Source of the DNA: Mesotaenium endlicherianum
Lineage: Eukaryota
Length of the DNA stretch: 48,361 nucleotides
Direction of reading: 5' to 3'
Assembly (NCBI GenBank): GCA_009602735.1
Contig: WELA01003242.1
Span: 58,208-106,568, forward strand
Under the pieces are notes generated by a model. The model worked only from the letters and a program-made list of their open reading frames with translations. It made no database searches and had not been told where the DNA came from. Of the stretch, positions 37,167-48,361 are shown in pieces. A program made the position numbers and the translations under genes. Positions within the stretch are counted from its first letter, which is position 1. Each line of letters starts with the position of its first letter.

Positions 37167-40100
37167 TCAATTTTTCCTCTTTCTTGTTCTTGCAGGCTGC
37201 CTCCAAGGGGTCTTCTGCTGCTTCTTGATGGTGGCAGGCTGCCTCCCTGAAGTCTTCGGGCTTCTAGTAGAGAGACTTGGGGCTGGTCCAAGATGGGGGT
37301 TGGCGGCATGGAAGCGCTTCAACTTTCTCTGAACTTTGTCAAGGTAGTGCGCCGCCACCCAACTATTCTCCGAATCTGGATATCCTTTCCACTTGATCAA
37401 GTATTGCTGCTGTCTCCTGAAATTTCTCATAGCCACTATGTCTTCCACTTCGTACTCCAAATGATCATCCACTATTGTTGGGGCTGGTGGGGTTGTCACA
37501 CGTCCTGGGAACTTGTTGTCGGGTTGCACATATGGCTTGAAGAGGGAAGCGTGGAATACGGGGTCGATGTGCATAGTCTGGGGAAGTTCTAGCTTGAAAG
37601 CAACGGGGTTGACTTGCTGGATAATCTTGAAGGGTCCCAAATACTTGGGAGAGAACTTGCTGCCGGCAGGCCTGTTGTTCAGGGAAATGTTCTTGGATGA
37701 TAGTAACACGTTGTCACCCACTCTGTACGTAATTTCTCTTCTGGATCTGTTCGCCACTCTTGCTTGAGCATCTTGCGCGTGTTGTAGAGCTTTCTTCGCT
37801 GCTGTAAGGGCTGCTTCTAATGTCTCCATAAAATCTGTGGCTGCAGGTACTTCATCATGGCCAGCCGTGAAGCTCAGTGGCGTGGTCGGATGGAAGCCAT
37901 AGTTGAGGAAGAATGGGGACTCTTGGGTAGAGGCCTGCGTAGTGTTGTTGTAGGCAAACTCGAGGGGGGTCAAGTACATGTCCCAGTCTTGCTCGAGGGT
38001 AGACACGTAGGCCTTTAGAGAGGTCTTTAGGGTACGATTCATACGCTCGGTTTGCCCATCTGATTGTGGGTGGTAGGCAGTAGACATATCCAGCGATGTA
38101 CCCAAGTTCTTGAAGAGATTTTTCCAGAAATGGCTTGTGAATCTTGGATCTCTATCTGACACAATTCTTGATGGTAGTCCATGGAGTCGGAAGATGTTGT
38201 CAAAGATGAGTCTTGCAAGTTGTGGTGCTGTAGCCTTAGTCGTCGTGGGAATAAAATGAGCCATCTTGGTAAGTCTGTCCACCACCGTGAGTATTGCATT
38301 ATGGCCTCGAGGTGTCACGGGCAAGTCCACGATAAGGTCCATTGAGATGTCCGTCCATTGTCTTTCGGGGATTGGTAGTGGTTGGAGGAGTCCTCCCGCC
38401 TTTTGCGATGATGGCTTGATTCTTTGGCATGTGTCACAGCTCCTGCAGTACTCCTTGACTTGCTTAGACATGCCTGGCCAACAATAAGTCCTAGCTAGAA
38501 CGCCCGTGGTCCTTAGGATTCCAAAGTGTCCTCCAAGAGGGTTGTCGTGTGCTTCTCGTAGAAGCAAGAGCCGGAGGTCTAAGTCATTAGGAACACATCT
38601 CTGGCCCGTATCTTGCCTCACCCAATAATTGCCTTCTTGCTTCTTGCATGGGTCCAAGGCTGCTTCTCCGTTCTTGTAGTAAGGGTCTCTTTCATAGGCG
38701 GCTGAAAATCGAGCTTCCAGATCTGTCTTCAGGGATACCATCACTGCATTTAATTGCAGTCTTGAGAGGGGGTCAGCCGGGTTTGTCTTGCCGGGCTGGT
38801 ACTGAATCGTGATGTTGTATTGTTGCAAGTATCCGCTCCATCTTGCTTGTCTCCTTGAGAGATACGGCTGCGTTTGGAGGTGCTTTAACGCCTCGTGGTC
38901 CGTGGTGACCAGTACTTTGCGTCCTTCAACGTAGCAGCGCCAAACCTTCAAGGCATGTACAATCGCCAATGCCTCTCGCTCCGTGGTTGTATAATTTTGC
39001 TCGGCTGGATTTAGCTTCCTTGACTCGTAGGCGATGGGCTGCAGTCCCTTGCCTTGGTCTTGAAGCAGGATTGCTCCTATTGCATAGGAAGATGCATCGG
39101 TGATGACGTGGAAGGGCCAATCTGGGTTTGGACTTGGGAGTGTGAGCACCGGGGATGTGGTCAATCTTCGCTTTAACTCTTGAAATGCCTCTTCCTCTTT
39201 CTCGGTCCATGTATATAGCCTGTCCTTCTTGAGTAGATCTGTCAGGGGGGCTGCTATGTGCGAGAAGCCTTGGATGAATTTTCTGTACCAATTGGCAAAT
39301 CCCAAGAATGACTGGAGTTCTTTCTTGGTCGTGGGGGTTGGCCATTCCTCCACCACCGTGGTCTTCTTGGGGTCCATCTTGATGCCATCAGCAGTCACGT
39401 GGAGACCTAGGAACTCCACTTCTTGTTTGGCAAACTCGCACTTTGACTCCTTCGCAAATAGCTTGTTTTGCTTCAATACTTCAAGGACTTCTTTCAAGTG
39501 TCTCGCATGCTCTTCAAGGGTCTTGCTGTAGATAAGGATGTCATCGATGAATACCACCACAAATCTGTCCAACATGGGCTGAAATATGGTGTTCATCATA
39601 GTCATGAAAGTTGCTGGCGCGTTGGTGAGTCCAAATGGCAGGACCATGAACTCAAAATGTCCATATCTTGTCCTGAATGCCGTCTTCTCTATGTCCGGTT
39701 CTGCGATGCGAATCTGGTGGTAGCCGCTCCGTAAGTCAATCTTCGTGAAGTACTTGGCTCCAACCAGCCGGTCCATGAGCTCATCCATGCGCGGCAGCGG
39801 GTATCGATTCTTGATGGTGATCTTGTTGAGGGCGCGATAGTCCACACACATCCTCAAGGTACCATCTTTCTTCTTGACAAATAGCACCGGGGCTCCAAAT
39901 GGCGACTTGCTAGGTCGAATGAAGCCATGCTCCAGTAGCTCCTTGATTTGCTTCTTGACTTCGTCTAGCTCCGTGTATGACATTTTGAACGTAGGCCGAG
40001 AGATGGGCTTGCTTCCGGGCTCCAACTCTATCTTGTGGTCTACGAATCTTTTGGGGGGTAGGCCCTTGGGCAATTCCGGGGAGAACACTTCTTTGTAGTC

Positions 40101-40832
40101 CTCTAAGACTTCTTGTATCTCCTTGGGAACGGGGCTGCCTTCTTGACTCTCGATGTCTTTCTTGATGTCTTTTGGCGTGATCAAGGCCAAAAGAAGCTCG
40201 TGTCCCTTCCTCACAAGTCTCTTGAGTTGGAGGGCGGACAATAGTATCTCGTGTGCCGGCTTCTGGATGTCTTGGGTCTGGATATTCTGGATTGCGCGCA
40301 AAATACAGATTCTTGAAGTGATGTCATTCTTGATCTTGATAGTACCGGTCCTCCAATCAACTTGGGGGTTGTGCTTGGTCAACCAAGGCGTCCCTAGGAT
40401 GACGTCGTACTTGCCCAATTGCATGGGGGAGAACACTACTCTATCCTTGAAGGACTTGATAGAGAGTGCCAAGGGGTACGTCTTCTTGGAAGGGGTAGTA
40501 TAGGAGAATCCATCGGGCATCATAATCTCCTCGTCGTGGTCAAGAGTTCGCATAGTAATACCGTGCTTGGTGGCAAAATCTGCAGCAATGAAGTTGCCTT
40601 GAGCTCCGCTATCCACCAAGATGTGGACCTTCTCTCCTCCAAGGTAACCTCTCAAACTCATTGGGGCTGGAACGTCGTCTTCAACGGGGGTCTCCACCTC
40701 ACTTGGCGTGTTGCCTTCTCGTGAAGTGGGTCTTGGGGTGGTAGGCTCCTGGCCTACCGGCGCTGTCCGTTTTTTGACAACTTTTTGGGGCATGAAAGTG
40801 CACGATGGCCCTTTTCCTTGCAATAAAAGCAT
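37167..40832 (-). CDS. pol: Pol polyprotein of A (PR-RT-RH-INT-chromodomain), probably reached by -1 frameshift
   Basis: 1221-codon open frame: [59 protein letters not shown]. Confidence 0.96.
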   Translation of the reverse strand: MLLLQGKGPSCTFMPQKVVKKRTAPVGQEPTTPRPTSREGNTPSEVETPVEDDVPAPMSLRGYLGGEKVHILVDSGAQGNFIAADFATKHGITMRTLDHDEEIMMPDGFSYTTPSKKTYPLALSIKSFKDRVVFSPMQLGKYDVILGTPWLTKHNPQVDWRTGTIKIKNDITSRICILRAIQNIQTQDIQKPAHEILLSALQLKRLVRKGHELLLALITPKDIKKDIESQEGSPVPKEIQEVLEDYKEVFSPELPKGLPPKRFVDHKIELEPGSKPISRPTFKMSYTELDEVKKQIKELLEHGFIRPSKSPFGAPVLFVKKKDGTLRMCVDYRALNKITIKNRYPLPRMDELMDRLVGAKYFTKIDLRSGYHQIRIAEPDIEKTAFRTRYGHFEFMVLPFGLTNAPATFMTMMNTIFQPMLDRFVVVFIDDILIYSKTLEEHARHLKEVLEVLKQNKLFAKESKCEFAKQEVEFLGLHVTADGIKMDPKKTTVVEEWPTPTTKKELQSFLGFANWYRKFIQGFSHIAAPLTDLLKKDRLYTWTEKEEEAFQELKRRLTTSPVLTLPSPNPDWPFHVITDASSYAIGAILLQDQGKGLQPIAYESRKLNPAEQNYTTTEREALAIVHALKVWRCYVEGRKVLVTTDHEALKHLQTQPYLSRRQARWSGYLQQYNITIQYQPGKTNPADPLSRLQLNAVMVSLKTDLEARFSAAYERDPYYKNGEAALDPCKKQEGNYWVRQDTGQRCVPNDLDLRLLLLREAHDNPLGGHFGILRTTGVLARTYCWPGMSKQVKEYCRSCDTCQRIKPSSQKAGGLLQPLPIPERQWTDISMDLIVDLPVTPRGHNAILTVVDRLTKMAHFIPTTTKATAPQLARLIFDNIFRLHGLPSRIVSDRDPRFTSHFWKNLFKNLGTSLDMSTAYHPQSDGQTERMNRTLKTSLKAYVSTLEQDWDMYLTPLEFAYNNTTQASTQESPFFLNYGFHPTTPLSFTAGHDEVPAATDFMETLEAALTAAKKALQHAQDAQARVANRSRREITYRVGDNVLLSSKNISLNNRPAGSKFSPKYLGPFKIIQQVNPVAFKLELPQTMHIDPVFHASLFKPYVQPDNKFPGRVTTPPAPTIVDDHLEYEVEDIVAMRNFRRQQQYLIKWKGYPDSENSWVAAHYLDKVQRKLKRFHAANPHLGPAPSLSTRSPKTSGRQPATIKKQQKTPWRQPARTRKRKN

Positions 40833-42034
40833 AGTCCAGCCGTCATGAGAGCTTCTTTTTCAGCCGGGGAGAGTCTTGCTTTCACTCCTTGCTGGTTTCT
40901 TGCATCATAAGTGTCATTGGAGGGTCTTCCACTCTTCCGGGCAGCCGCGGGGTCCCTTTTAATAACTCCGATTTCCATGGGTGTGGGTCCAGATTCGGAT
41001 GTGGAAGGGGCTGCGTACACCCGCGTCGTCGGTACCCGTGAAGATGAAGGCACGGAGTGCTTGAAATCCAAGGTATCCACCTTTTGGGCCACTTCAATGA
41101 TCTTTGAGAAGTCCGTCAAGTCGCGTAACTCCACTTCCTTTGCCACCTTGGGTTTGAGGCCAAAGATGTAGCGGTCAATCTTCTCCTCGAGAGACATGTT
41201 GGGGATCTCAAGAGTGAGGGCGTGAAATCTGGATGTATACTCTTGAACGGACGTCGTTTGCTTGAGATGGTGGAGCTTTCCTCGGGCAATCTTCTCCGCA
41301 TTGATGGGCATGAATTGCTTCTTGAGGGCCTCACGAAAATCTGCCCATCTTGCATATGATGGTGGGGGCTCTTGGCCGAGCATGGGGTGCGCCATAGCTT
41401 GATATATAGCCGCTTGATAGTTACGCCACCATGATGTTGCTGCTCCTCTAAGTAAGGTAACGGCAAAGGGAACGTAGTCCTCCTCGGGTACTTCAAGGAA
41501 TGCGAGGTACGTCTCCACTTGGTAGAGCCATAAATTCAGGTTGGCACCTTTCCCGGGGTTGAAAGTGTCGGGTTTGCCGGGCTTGATGAGTTTCCTTGCT
41601 CTCGTTGGCTCTTGTGGAGGCGCTTGAGCCGGGGCTGGATTTTGAGCATTGCTCGCAATAGGGGCAACCATGGCAGCCATAGCTTCTCTTGACGCTTGCA
41701 CGGTTGCTTCATAGGTGGCCAAGCCCACTTGGTTGTGGACGGTCATTAGGAAGGCTGCCCACTCATTTGCGGGAACTCCTTGTGGTGGGGTCAACTTTGC
41801 TATAGCGGCTGCCACGGGATTTGACGGTGCTCCTCCTTGTGGTGCTTCTTGTTGTTGGAGATTTCCTTGAGTAGGCTCTCCCATCGACGCTGGAGGAGGG
41901 TGTGCTCCTCCTTGTGGTGCTTCTTGTTGTTGCAGATTTTCTTGAGTGGGCTCTCCCATCGGCGCTGGAGGAGGGTGTCTTGGAGAGGAAGGGCTTCCTT
42001 CGAAAGCTTGCTGTTGGTCTTGAGGATCGGCCAT
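40754..42034 (-). CDS. gag: Gag of A
   Basis: 426 aa; [29 protein letters not shown]; 25-aa N-terminal duplication. Confidence 0.96.
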   Translation of the reverse strand: MADPQDQQQAFEGSPSSPRHPPPAPMGEPTQENLQQQEAPQGGAHPPPASMGEPTQGNLQQQEAPQGGAPSNPVAAAIAKLTPPQGVPANEWAAFLMTVHNQVGLATYEATVQASREAMAAMVAPIASNAQNPAPAQAPPQEPTRARKLIKPGKPDTFNPGKGANLNLWLYQVETYLAFLEVPEEDYVPFAVTLLRGAATSWWRNYQAAIYQAMAHPMLGQEPPPSYARWADFREALKKQFMPINAEKIARGKLHHLKQTTSVQEYTSRFHALTLEIPNMSLEEKIDRYIFGLKPKVAKEVELRDLTDFSKIIEVAQKVDTLDFKHSVPSSSRVPTTRVYAAPSTSESGPTPMEIGVIKRDPAAARKSGRPSNDTYDARNQQGVKARLSPAEKEALMTAGLCFYCKEKGHRALSCPKKLSKNGQRR

Positions 42035-42071
42035 CTTCTTGTGCTACCAAAGTGCCTAGCTCCGATACCAC

Positions 42072-42574
42072 TGTAGTGAAACAGATAGATAAAGTACTTA
42101 GTAAAACAGAATACTTTATCTATTCAAGACAAGGATCTTTGAACACAAGTGGTAGCTTCTTGAAAGAGAGATGGCTTCTTGAAAGTTAATATATTTCTGG
42201 ATTTTGGCAAGTACAAGAGTGATTCTGGAATGTCTTTCTATGTTCTAGCTCTTGTTTATATACTTGCTACATAAGTAATTTCTAGGAAGGTGTATGTTGA
42301 TGTGTTGGCACCCAACACATCCCAAAACTTGCCACCTCTTTCTAGAATAATGTACACATGTCCTTTTGACCTAAAAATGGCACATCTGACTTTTGCCACA
42401 TGGAGTTCTTCTAGGTCTTTCCTCTAACTTCGAAAATGCCTTGGAAGGTTCAAAGGACATGAACCAAGTTACTAGAGTACCTATTCACACTTGACTCCAC
42501 ACAATACTACTCCAAATATATTTGAAAACATTAAAATATATGCGAACTAATATATAATAACTCAAATCACTACA
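42072..42574 (-). repeat. 5' LTR of A
   Basis: Adjacent to PBS TGGTATCGGAGC. Confidence 0.97.
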
Positions 42575-44545
42575 AATATGCTAAATGCTTGTGATAGGTC
42601 GAGCTCACTTTAGCACATGCTCAGCTTGTAAGACATGCTTGCACACTTATGTTTGTGCAATCGGACGGTTGCCCGCTAAGCCGTGGTACTCCTGCAGGCT
42701 GTGACAGTTCCTGTCGGCTGAGCACATCTTGGTAGGGTGCGCATGGGCCAATCGACGGGCTGCAGCTGTCGGTCGGTGGCCCTGGGTGCCCTTGGTGGCC
42801 TCGCCACTTGGGTGTCGGGCACTTAGGAGTGCCTGGGCCCGAGTGACGGGCATTTAAGTGCCCCTGGGCCACTTGAAGGTGCCCTCCACCTTCCGGTGGC
42901 GCCACGTGGCCTCGGTGGCTCCCGTCGCTTGGCGCCGAGCACAATTAAGTGCTCGGGCTGGCTGTCGTGTGAGCCTGGGCCAAGCGCAGAAGCCTGCCAC
43001 CTTCCGGTGGCTCCACGTGGCCCCCTCGACCCTTGTTGCCTTTGCTTCGGGCTGTCGCTTGGGTCCCTGCGGCCTGTAGTGGCTATGAATACAAAGTCAA
43101 GTGCCACCGTCCAGTTTTGGACGGGGTATTCGGCCTGTACCTCTGGTGCGTCTAGTAGGTCTGGCGCAAGTGACAAGTGTTGACTTGTCATGTGGCATCT
43201 ATCCCCTAGACATGAGAGCATAGCAATTTAATAAACTAAATCACACAAATGCAAAGAGGCAAATGCCCGTTCGAGGTTGATTGCTCACACGCTTGTGGCT
43301 CGGGTACGTGCAACGATTTTGACTCAATAATTCATGACATTGTTAATACTACTCTTGCTATCAGCAATTCGACAATTGAGACTTCTAAGAACTTGGAAAC
43401 TAACACAGCACTCACCTTTCGCACGCTTGTGGTGTTTGACCCGAATCTGTGCTAATCTCCTAAAAGATTCTATTTTGCAGCTCTCTAGTTTCTACCAGTG
43501 AGATCCTCTCTTGGGAACTCCTGAGGTCTAACCTTTCTATGATACACTGAGAGGGAAATCTTCCAGCGTCGGCAGAAGCGTAGCGTCTTGGTTCTTCTGT
43601 GGCCTTGGGAACTCCTTCTTCGCGCTCCTTCTGCTCCTTCAACTTCCTTGACAACGATGCGAGTAAAAATGAGGCAGCTTCAGGCGGGACTCGTGCCTTT
43701 CACAGGCACCACACATTATCCTCTCTCGAGAATGCCAGTGCTTAGTCACAGCGCTTAGCTTGCATGCCATCCTTACCTAGCAGCCCTCAAACAGCTTAGG
43801 AGTTGTCACTCAGCATGCATGCATGCCTTGCGACTGTTGCGCGTGACCGCTTAGCCTTTCAGCTGACAATCATGCCTTTGTGGCTGGCTGGCAGCGTTTG
43901 AGATGAACGCTCAAGCCGTGACTAGTCACTTGAGGGTCTTGGCCGAGGTGGCACACAACGCCTCTGCAACATCCCTGCTGTACTTGGCTTAGATAGCCGA
44001 TTGATCAGTGCCTTACTTGGCACTTGTTGGGCTGGCTCATTGCTGGTTCCAGACCCCTAGCCTTTCGACTGACTACTCCGTCCGAATCCCCATCCATCCC
44101 TGGGTGTGGAGTTTGACGTGTCGTGACCACTTGGACAGTGGTATCAATTTTGACATCACTTCTGACTGAGATAACTCAGTCCTTTGGTCGGTGAGTTACC
44201 GCTGACTTTTCGTACCTGGGCGGCCGTGATTTGCGCTGCGCGTGCGGCAACGTCAAGTGGATAGCAGTCGCGACATTGATCTGCTCGAGCTTTGGAAATC
44301 TGATGCAATTAAGCTGACGAGCGTGCGTGTGTCTGATCCTTGCTTTTTGTCGACGGGCTCTATTGCACGCAGACCACAAACCGCTGCGGGATACTTGAGT
44401 TTTACTGCGAGGCATTTGGATTGATTTGGGTGCAACATGAAGACTTCAAACAGAATTCGACTTCTGCCAGCTAGCAGCTCTCAGATAAACAGTTCCATGA
44501 ACGCTTTAAAGGGCCTCTTACCGGACGTTGCATGTGCAGAAAGTT

Positions 44546-44758
44546 ATGGACGCTCGCTCCCTCCAGCAAGCGAAGGAAACTCTTGACGTGAGCCATCAGA
44601 TTTCCCAGTTACTGAATACGGGACTGGACGAGGAGACGCTTAAGATTTTGATCGAGCTCTGCGAGCAAGGGGTCAACCCGAAGGCTCTCGCTGTCATCGT
44701 CAAAGAGCTACGTCAGGAAGCATCTGCAACCTCAAGCGAGCAGCAGGGTCGTACTTAG
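44546..44758 (+). CDS. MZT1: Mitotic-spindle organizing protein 1 (MOZART1/GIP1), 70 aa
   Basis: AKETLDVSHQISQLLNTGLDEETLKILIELCEQGVNPKALAVIVKELR matches the MOZART1 signature. Confidence 0.93.
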   Translation: MDARSLQQAKETLDVSHQISQLLNTGLDEETLKILIELCEQGVNPKALAVIVKELRQEASATSSEQQGRT

Positions 44759-44888
44759 CAACTTATACTCCAACTTAGGGCGTGCCCTCCGGGTTTTCCT
44801 GCTGAGTTGAGGTCTGGCTCCATTATGTTGAGGATGCCCAGTCTGGCAATTCTCTTCTTCTATCTTGAATGAACGTTAAGGTTCAGCT

Positions 44889-47800
44889 ATGGATGAAACG
44901 ACAGAAGTTGTAGCTCGGGGCGGACCTCAGCTTTCGGAGCCATCAGCTGATACACCCAGCTCACCTTCTCAGGTACTCTTCTGTTCACTTTTGCCTCACA
45001 TTTGTTTGGGCAGTATCCACGTTGGAAGATTTAAATTCTACTTTCAGGTACTGTTAGATCAGGGGTATATTAACACCCATGAGCATAGGTCTGACGCGCG
45101 CGTGTGTGTGTGTGTGTGTGTGTATTTTGCTGATTTGCTCTTGCAGAAGGTGCTGAACCTGCAAGGTGTGGCCGATGGTGGTGCCCGGTTGAGTTCCGCA
45201 GTGGCGCAGGTGCGTTTGTGAGTCATCCCGGAGGCTCGACTAGTGTCGTCAAGTTGTATTTCCGAGCGGTGTCGTTATCACAGAGGCTCGAGCGTTGTCA
45301 TTATCCTGGAGGCTTAGACGAGGTCGTTTGCAGTGTCGTTAAACAGAAGTGTGGGTGACCAAGTGTGGGTGACCACACTGTGTAGCTCTAGCTCCTGACC
45401 TATTCAGCCCTCGCTTGATAAAAGCTGTCAGTCGAGCATGCCAGCAATGATGGAAAGTGTGAACACACCCCTGGCGCAGCTCTAGGTCAAAGCTGTTTCA
45501 TCCCATGCCGTGCCACTTCTGAACCTTTGAACCCTAAGTAGAGGCCCTAAACCTTCAAATCCTGAACTTAGGCCCTTACCCTTTGAACCCTAAGCCCTCA
45601 GTAAAACACAGGCTCTGCTGCTTGTCTGCTTCCTGCACAAGCGCACGTAGAACCTGTGCGCGCCTGTCACGCACAAAGGCAAGCTTCAAACTGCCCCCCC
45701 TGAAGCTAGCTACCGTCATCTTGCTGTTTTCTTACTTCCCCTAAGCCCTGCCCTAAAACCCTGAACATGGACCCTGCTTAAACCCGCAACCCCTGTTCAC
45801 TGTGTGCGTTCCCTCTACAAGCTTACTACCGTCACCTTACTGTTCTCTTACTTCCCCCCCAAACGCACGTCGAGTTGTGCGGACTCGTGTGCCCCTCTCA
45901 CGAGCGGCCAGGCTTCCGAATTGCCAGGCCTGAAGCTGACACTAAGCGCTAAGCGTTACCCTAAACCCCGACTGATGTGTCATGCTCCCCCCCGCAAACG
46001 CGTTCGAACATGTGTTGACTTGAAATGCCACCCCTAAGCCGACACTCCATCCCGGCTATTTTTTTCACCTATCCCCACATACGCTTGTGGCATTGTGTGG
46101 ACTCGTGTGGACTTGCACGCCTCTCGTGCTCAGCCAAGCCGCGCGCATCGCAAATCTTGAAGCCGACACAAAGCCCTACCCTGAATCCGAAACCTCGAAC
46201 CGCACAAACTCTGGCCCGCCCAAAACTGCAAAAACCGATACCTGCAACCCCTGCTGACCGTGTGCATTTTCCTCCACAAGCGCATGTGTGGGCTTGCACT
46301 CCCTCTCGCGCGCTCAGAGATGCCAAGCTCAGACATGCCACTCCCCTCAGCCGACACTTGATGGACGCAAAACTGGGCAAGCGTACCCGCCACTCGATGG
46401 CTTCCCGCATAAACACGTGTGGGAAATCGTGCGGCTGGGGGAAGCCACCATGGAGCTTGCTTTGCTTCCTAAACCCTCCCCTTGCCAGCACTACACCCTT
46501 GCCAACATTTGACCCCTTGCCGACAGTACACCCTTGCCGCAGATGCTCTGCTTCTTGCGCAGATTTACGAAGGCTTGTTCGCTCGTTCGCCCGCCCCCCC
46601 ACAGACTGTAGTTTGCCCCCGCCATCTGAGCCGCCGACGCCAAACGCCCTGCTTTGGTTGTTTGCTCGCTCTTTCCTTCACCGACGCACTTTGACTCGCG
46701 TGGACTTGCCCGCCTCTCTCTTGTGCTCTCTTACCCTCTCTCATGTCCTCTCTCGCCCTCTCTTATGTCCTCTCTCGCGCCCTTTCGTGCTCTCGTGATC
46801 ACAGGCGAGCTTCAAGATGCCGGAGGAAGTCAACCTGGAATTTGCGCAGGGCGTGGAGGACGCGCATCTACCCCAGATTGCCAGCGAGGTAGTCCCAAGC
46901 CCCACGCCTCCTCCCCCCCCCCCTCCTCCTACACCCTAAGCCCTGCTTCCTGCTGATCCGCTCTGCTCCAATTTGCTCTGCTCTGCAATTCCTAGCAGGC
47001 TGCAAGTCAGGATCCGGACCTATCGAGGCCCGAAATCATGCAACTCGACTGGTCTTTAGGGGCAAGGGTTGTATAGCTTTAGGGTACTTAAACCCCCCCG
47101 CTGATTTGCTCGTCCTGGGACGAAACCGGGAGCTGGTCCGAGTCAAGCCGAGGTTCCGGCTTTGGCTTGTGTAAGACCTCTCAAAACCCGAATCTCAAAC
47201 CCTAATTCTTCTCAGCTGGCCACAAGCTCTTGCACTGGTCGTCACCCTGGCGCGGCCCTCTCAGGCCCTAACCTGGGCCCTAACCTGGGCCCTAACCTGG
47301 GCCCTAACCCCTAGGCCCTAACCTGGGCCCTACCACCTAGGCCCTAACTTGGGCCCTAACCTGGGCCCTAACCTATGCCCCAGCCCCTAGGCCCTAATCT
47401 AGGCCCTAACCCGGGCCCTAACCTTGGGCCCTAACCTAGGCCCTTGCACGTGCTGTCAAGCGGTTGCAACTCCGACGGACTCTGAACCTCGTAGCCTGCC
47501 CCTGGCACGCCTGCCTTGCCCTGGGTGTGCCACCTGGCACACCTGACCTGTGCTGCCTGCTCGCGTCCCCTTCTCATGCGCTCCCCCAGAAGAAGCTCCT
47601 CCCCTCCAAGAAGGCCCCCAGGAGCCCGCAAGCGCTCTTCCAATCTCAGGGTGGCTGCCTTGCAAGCGTGCGAGCGTGCGAGTGAGCGAGCCAGCGGGGG
47701 AGAGCGGAAGCGCGCAAGGGTGCCAGCCGGCGAGGGAGCGCGCGCCGAGCATGCGCAAAGCAGGTGCAATCCAATGACACCGCTGGCTGACTGGCTGTCT

Positions 47801-48032
47801 GGCTGGGGACGGGTGGGCCTGGGTGGGCCTGGGTGGGGCTGGTTTGGGCTGGGTGGGTGGGCGTGTGGGGGTGTGGCTGGCTGGTGGGTTGGGGGGGAGG
47901 GGGTTTTGGGGACGCCCAGGTCCTGAAAGTGGTGAACCTGAACGCGTGCCAGAAGCTGACAGATGGCGGCATCGCGGAGCTCGTGGCGCGGAGCCCCAAC
48001 CTGACGAGCTTCTCCATCTACTGGAACCTCAA
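44889..48032 (+). CDS. 5' part of an FBXL-type LRR gene (At3g58530-like); exons about 44889-44972, 45147-45209, 46805-46888, 47920-48032; continues past the window
   Basis: Phase-compatible GT-AG exons encoding KVLNLQGVADGGARL, EVNLEFAQGVEDAHL and VVNLNACQKLTDGGIAELVARSPNLTSFSIYWNL. First exon is least certain. Confidence 0.75.
47263..47443. repeat. Intronic 12-bp minisatellite GGCCCTAACCTG with telomere-like CCCTAA core
   Basis: About 14 degenerate copies visible. Confidence 0.9.
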
Positions 48033-48039
48033 GTGAGGG

Positions 48040-48361
48040 CCTGCCCTGGTTGCCCCTGCCTGCCTGCCTGCCTGCCTGCCCCTGCCTGCCACTGCTTGCC
48101 TGACTGCCTGATTGCGTGCCTGCCCCTGCCTGCCTGCCTGCCTGCCTGCCCCTGCCTGCCACTGCTTGCCTGACTGCCTGATTGCGTGCCTGCCCCTGCC
48201 TGCCTGCCTGCCTGCCTGCCCCTGCCTGCCACTGCTTGCCTGACTGCCTGATTGCGTGCCTGCCCCTGCCTGCCTGCCTGCCTGCCTGCCCCTGCCTGCC
48301 ACTGCTTGCCTGACTGCCTGATTGCGTGCCTGCCCCTGCCTGCCTGCCTGCCTGCCTGCCC
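48040..48361. repeat. Intronic (CTGC)n-based 70-bp tandem repeat
   Basis: ACTGCTTGCC recurs at 48091, 48161, 48231, 48301. Confidence 0.92.

Larger units (their letters stand above)
35895..42574 (-). mobile_element. Apparently intact Ty3/Gypsy chromovirus A
   Basis: 503-bp LTRs with about 6 mismatches by eye; TSD AATAT (35890-35894, 42575-42579); PBS 42059-42070; G-run PPT near 36398-36408; open gag and pol. Confidence 0.98.

Noticed and set aside
44131..44146. ACA-G-TGGTATCA resembling an LTR end plus PBS; 42580-44137 looks LTR-like
   Set aside because: Only an 8-nt match, with no partner LTR, TSD or gag.
46025..48302. Long ORFs 46025-46798 and 47431-48162
   Set aside because: They lie in repetitive introns or antisense to the LRR gene exons.

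Overview
Eukaryotic DNA, probably green lineage (spliceosomal introns, plant-type iMet primer sites; a streptophyte alga is an inference). About 42 kb is a nested transposon island whose history can be read from target-site duplications (TSDs). The oldest layer is a decayed minus-strand Ty3/Gypsy element (D, about 11.9-34.9 kb) with domain order Gag-protease-C5 cytosine DNA methyltransferase-long linker-RT-RNaseH-integrase-PHD finger. It contains a solo LTR (TSD CTCCT) and a chromovirus C (19169-32602, TSD CTGAG). C contains a hAT transposon (20224-27493) that carries a captured ascorbate-peroxidase-like exon, and a 350-bp MITE of the same hAT family disrupts that transposase. An apparently intact chromovirus A (35895-42574, TSD AATAT, -1 frameshift signal), a truncated copy of it (B, 7843-11304) and a non-autonomous hAT (3621-7842) flank D. 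Host genes at the right end are MZT1/GIP1 and, 130 bp downstream, the 5' exons of an FBXL-type LRR gene. All comparisons were made by eye.
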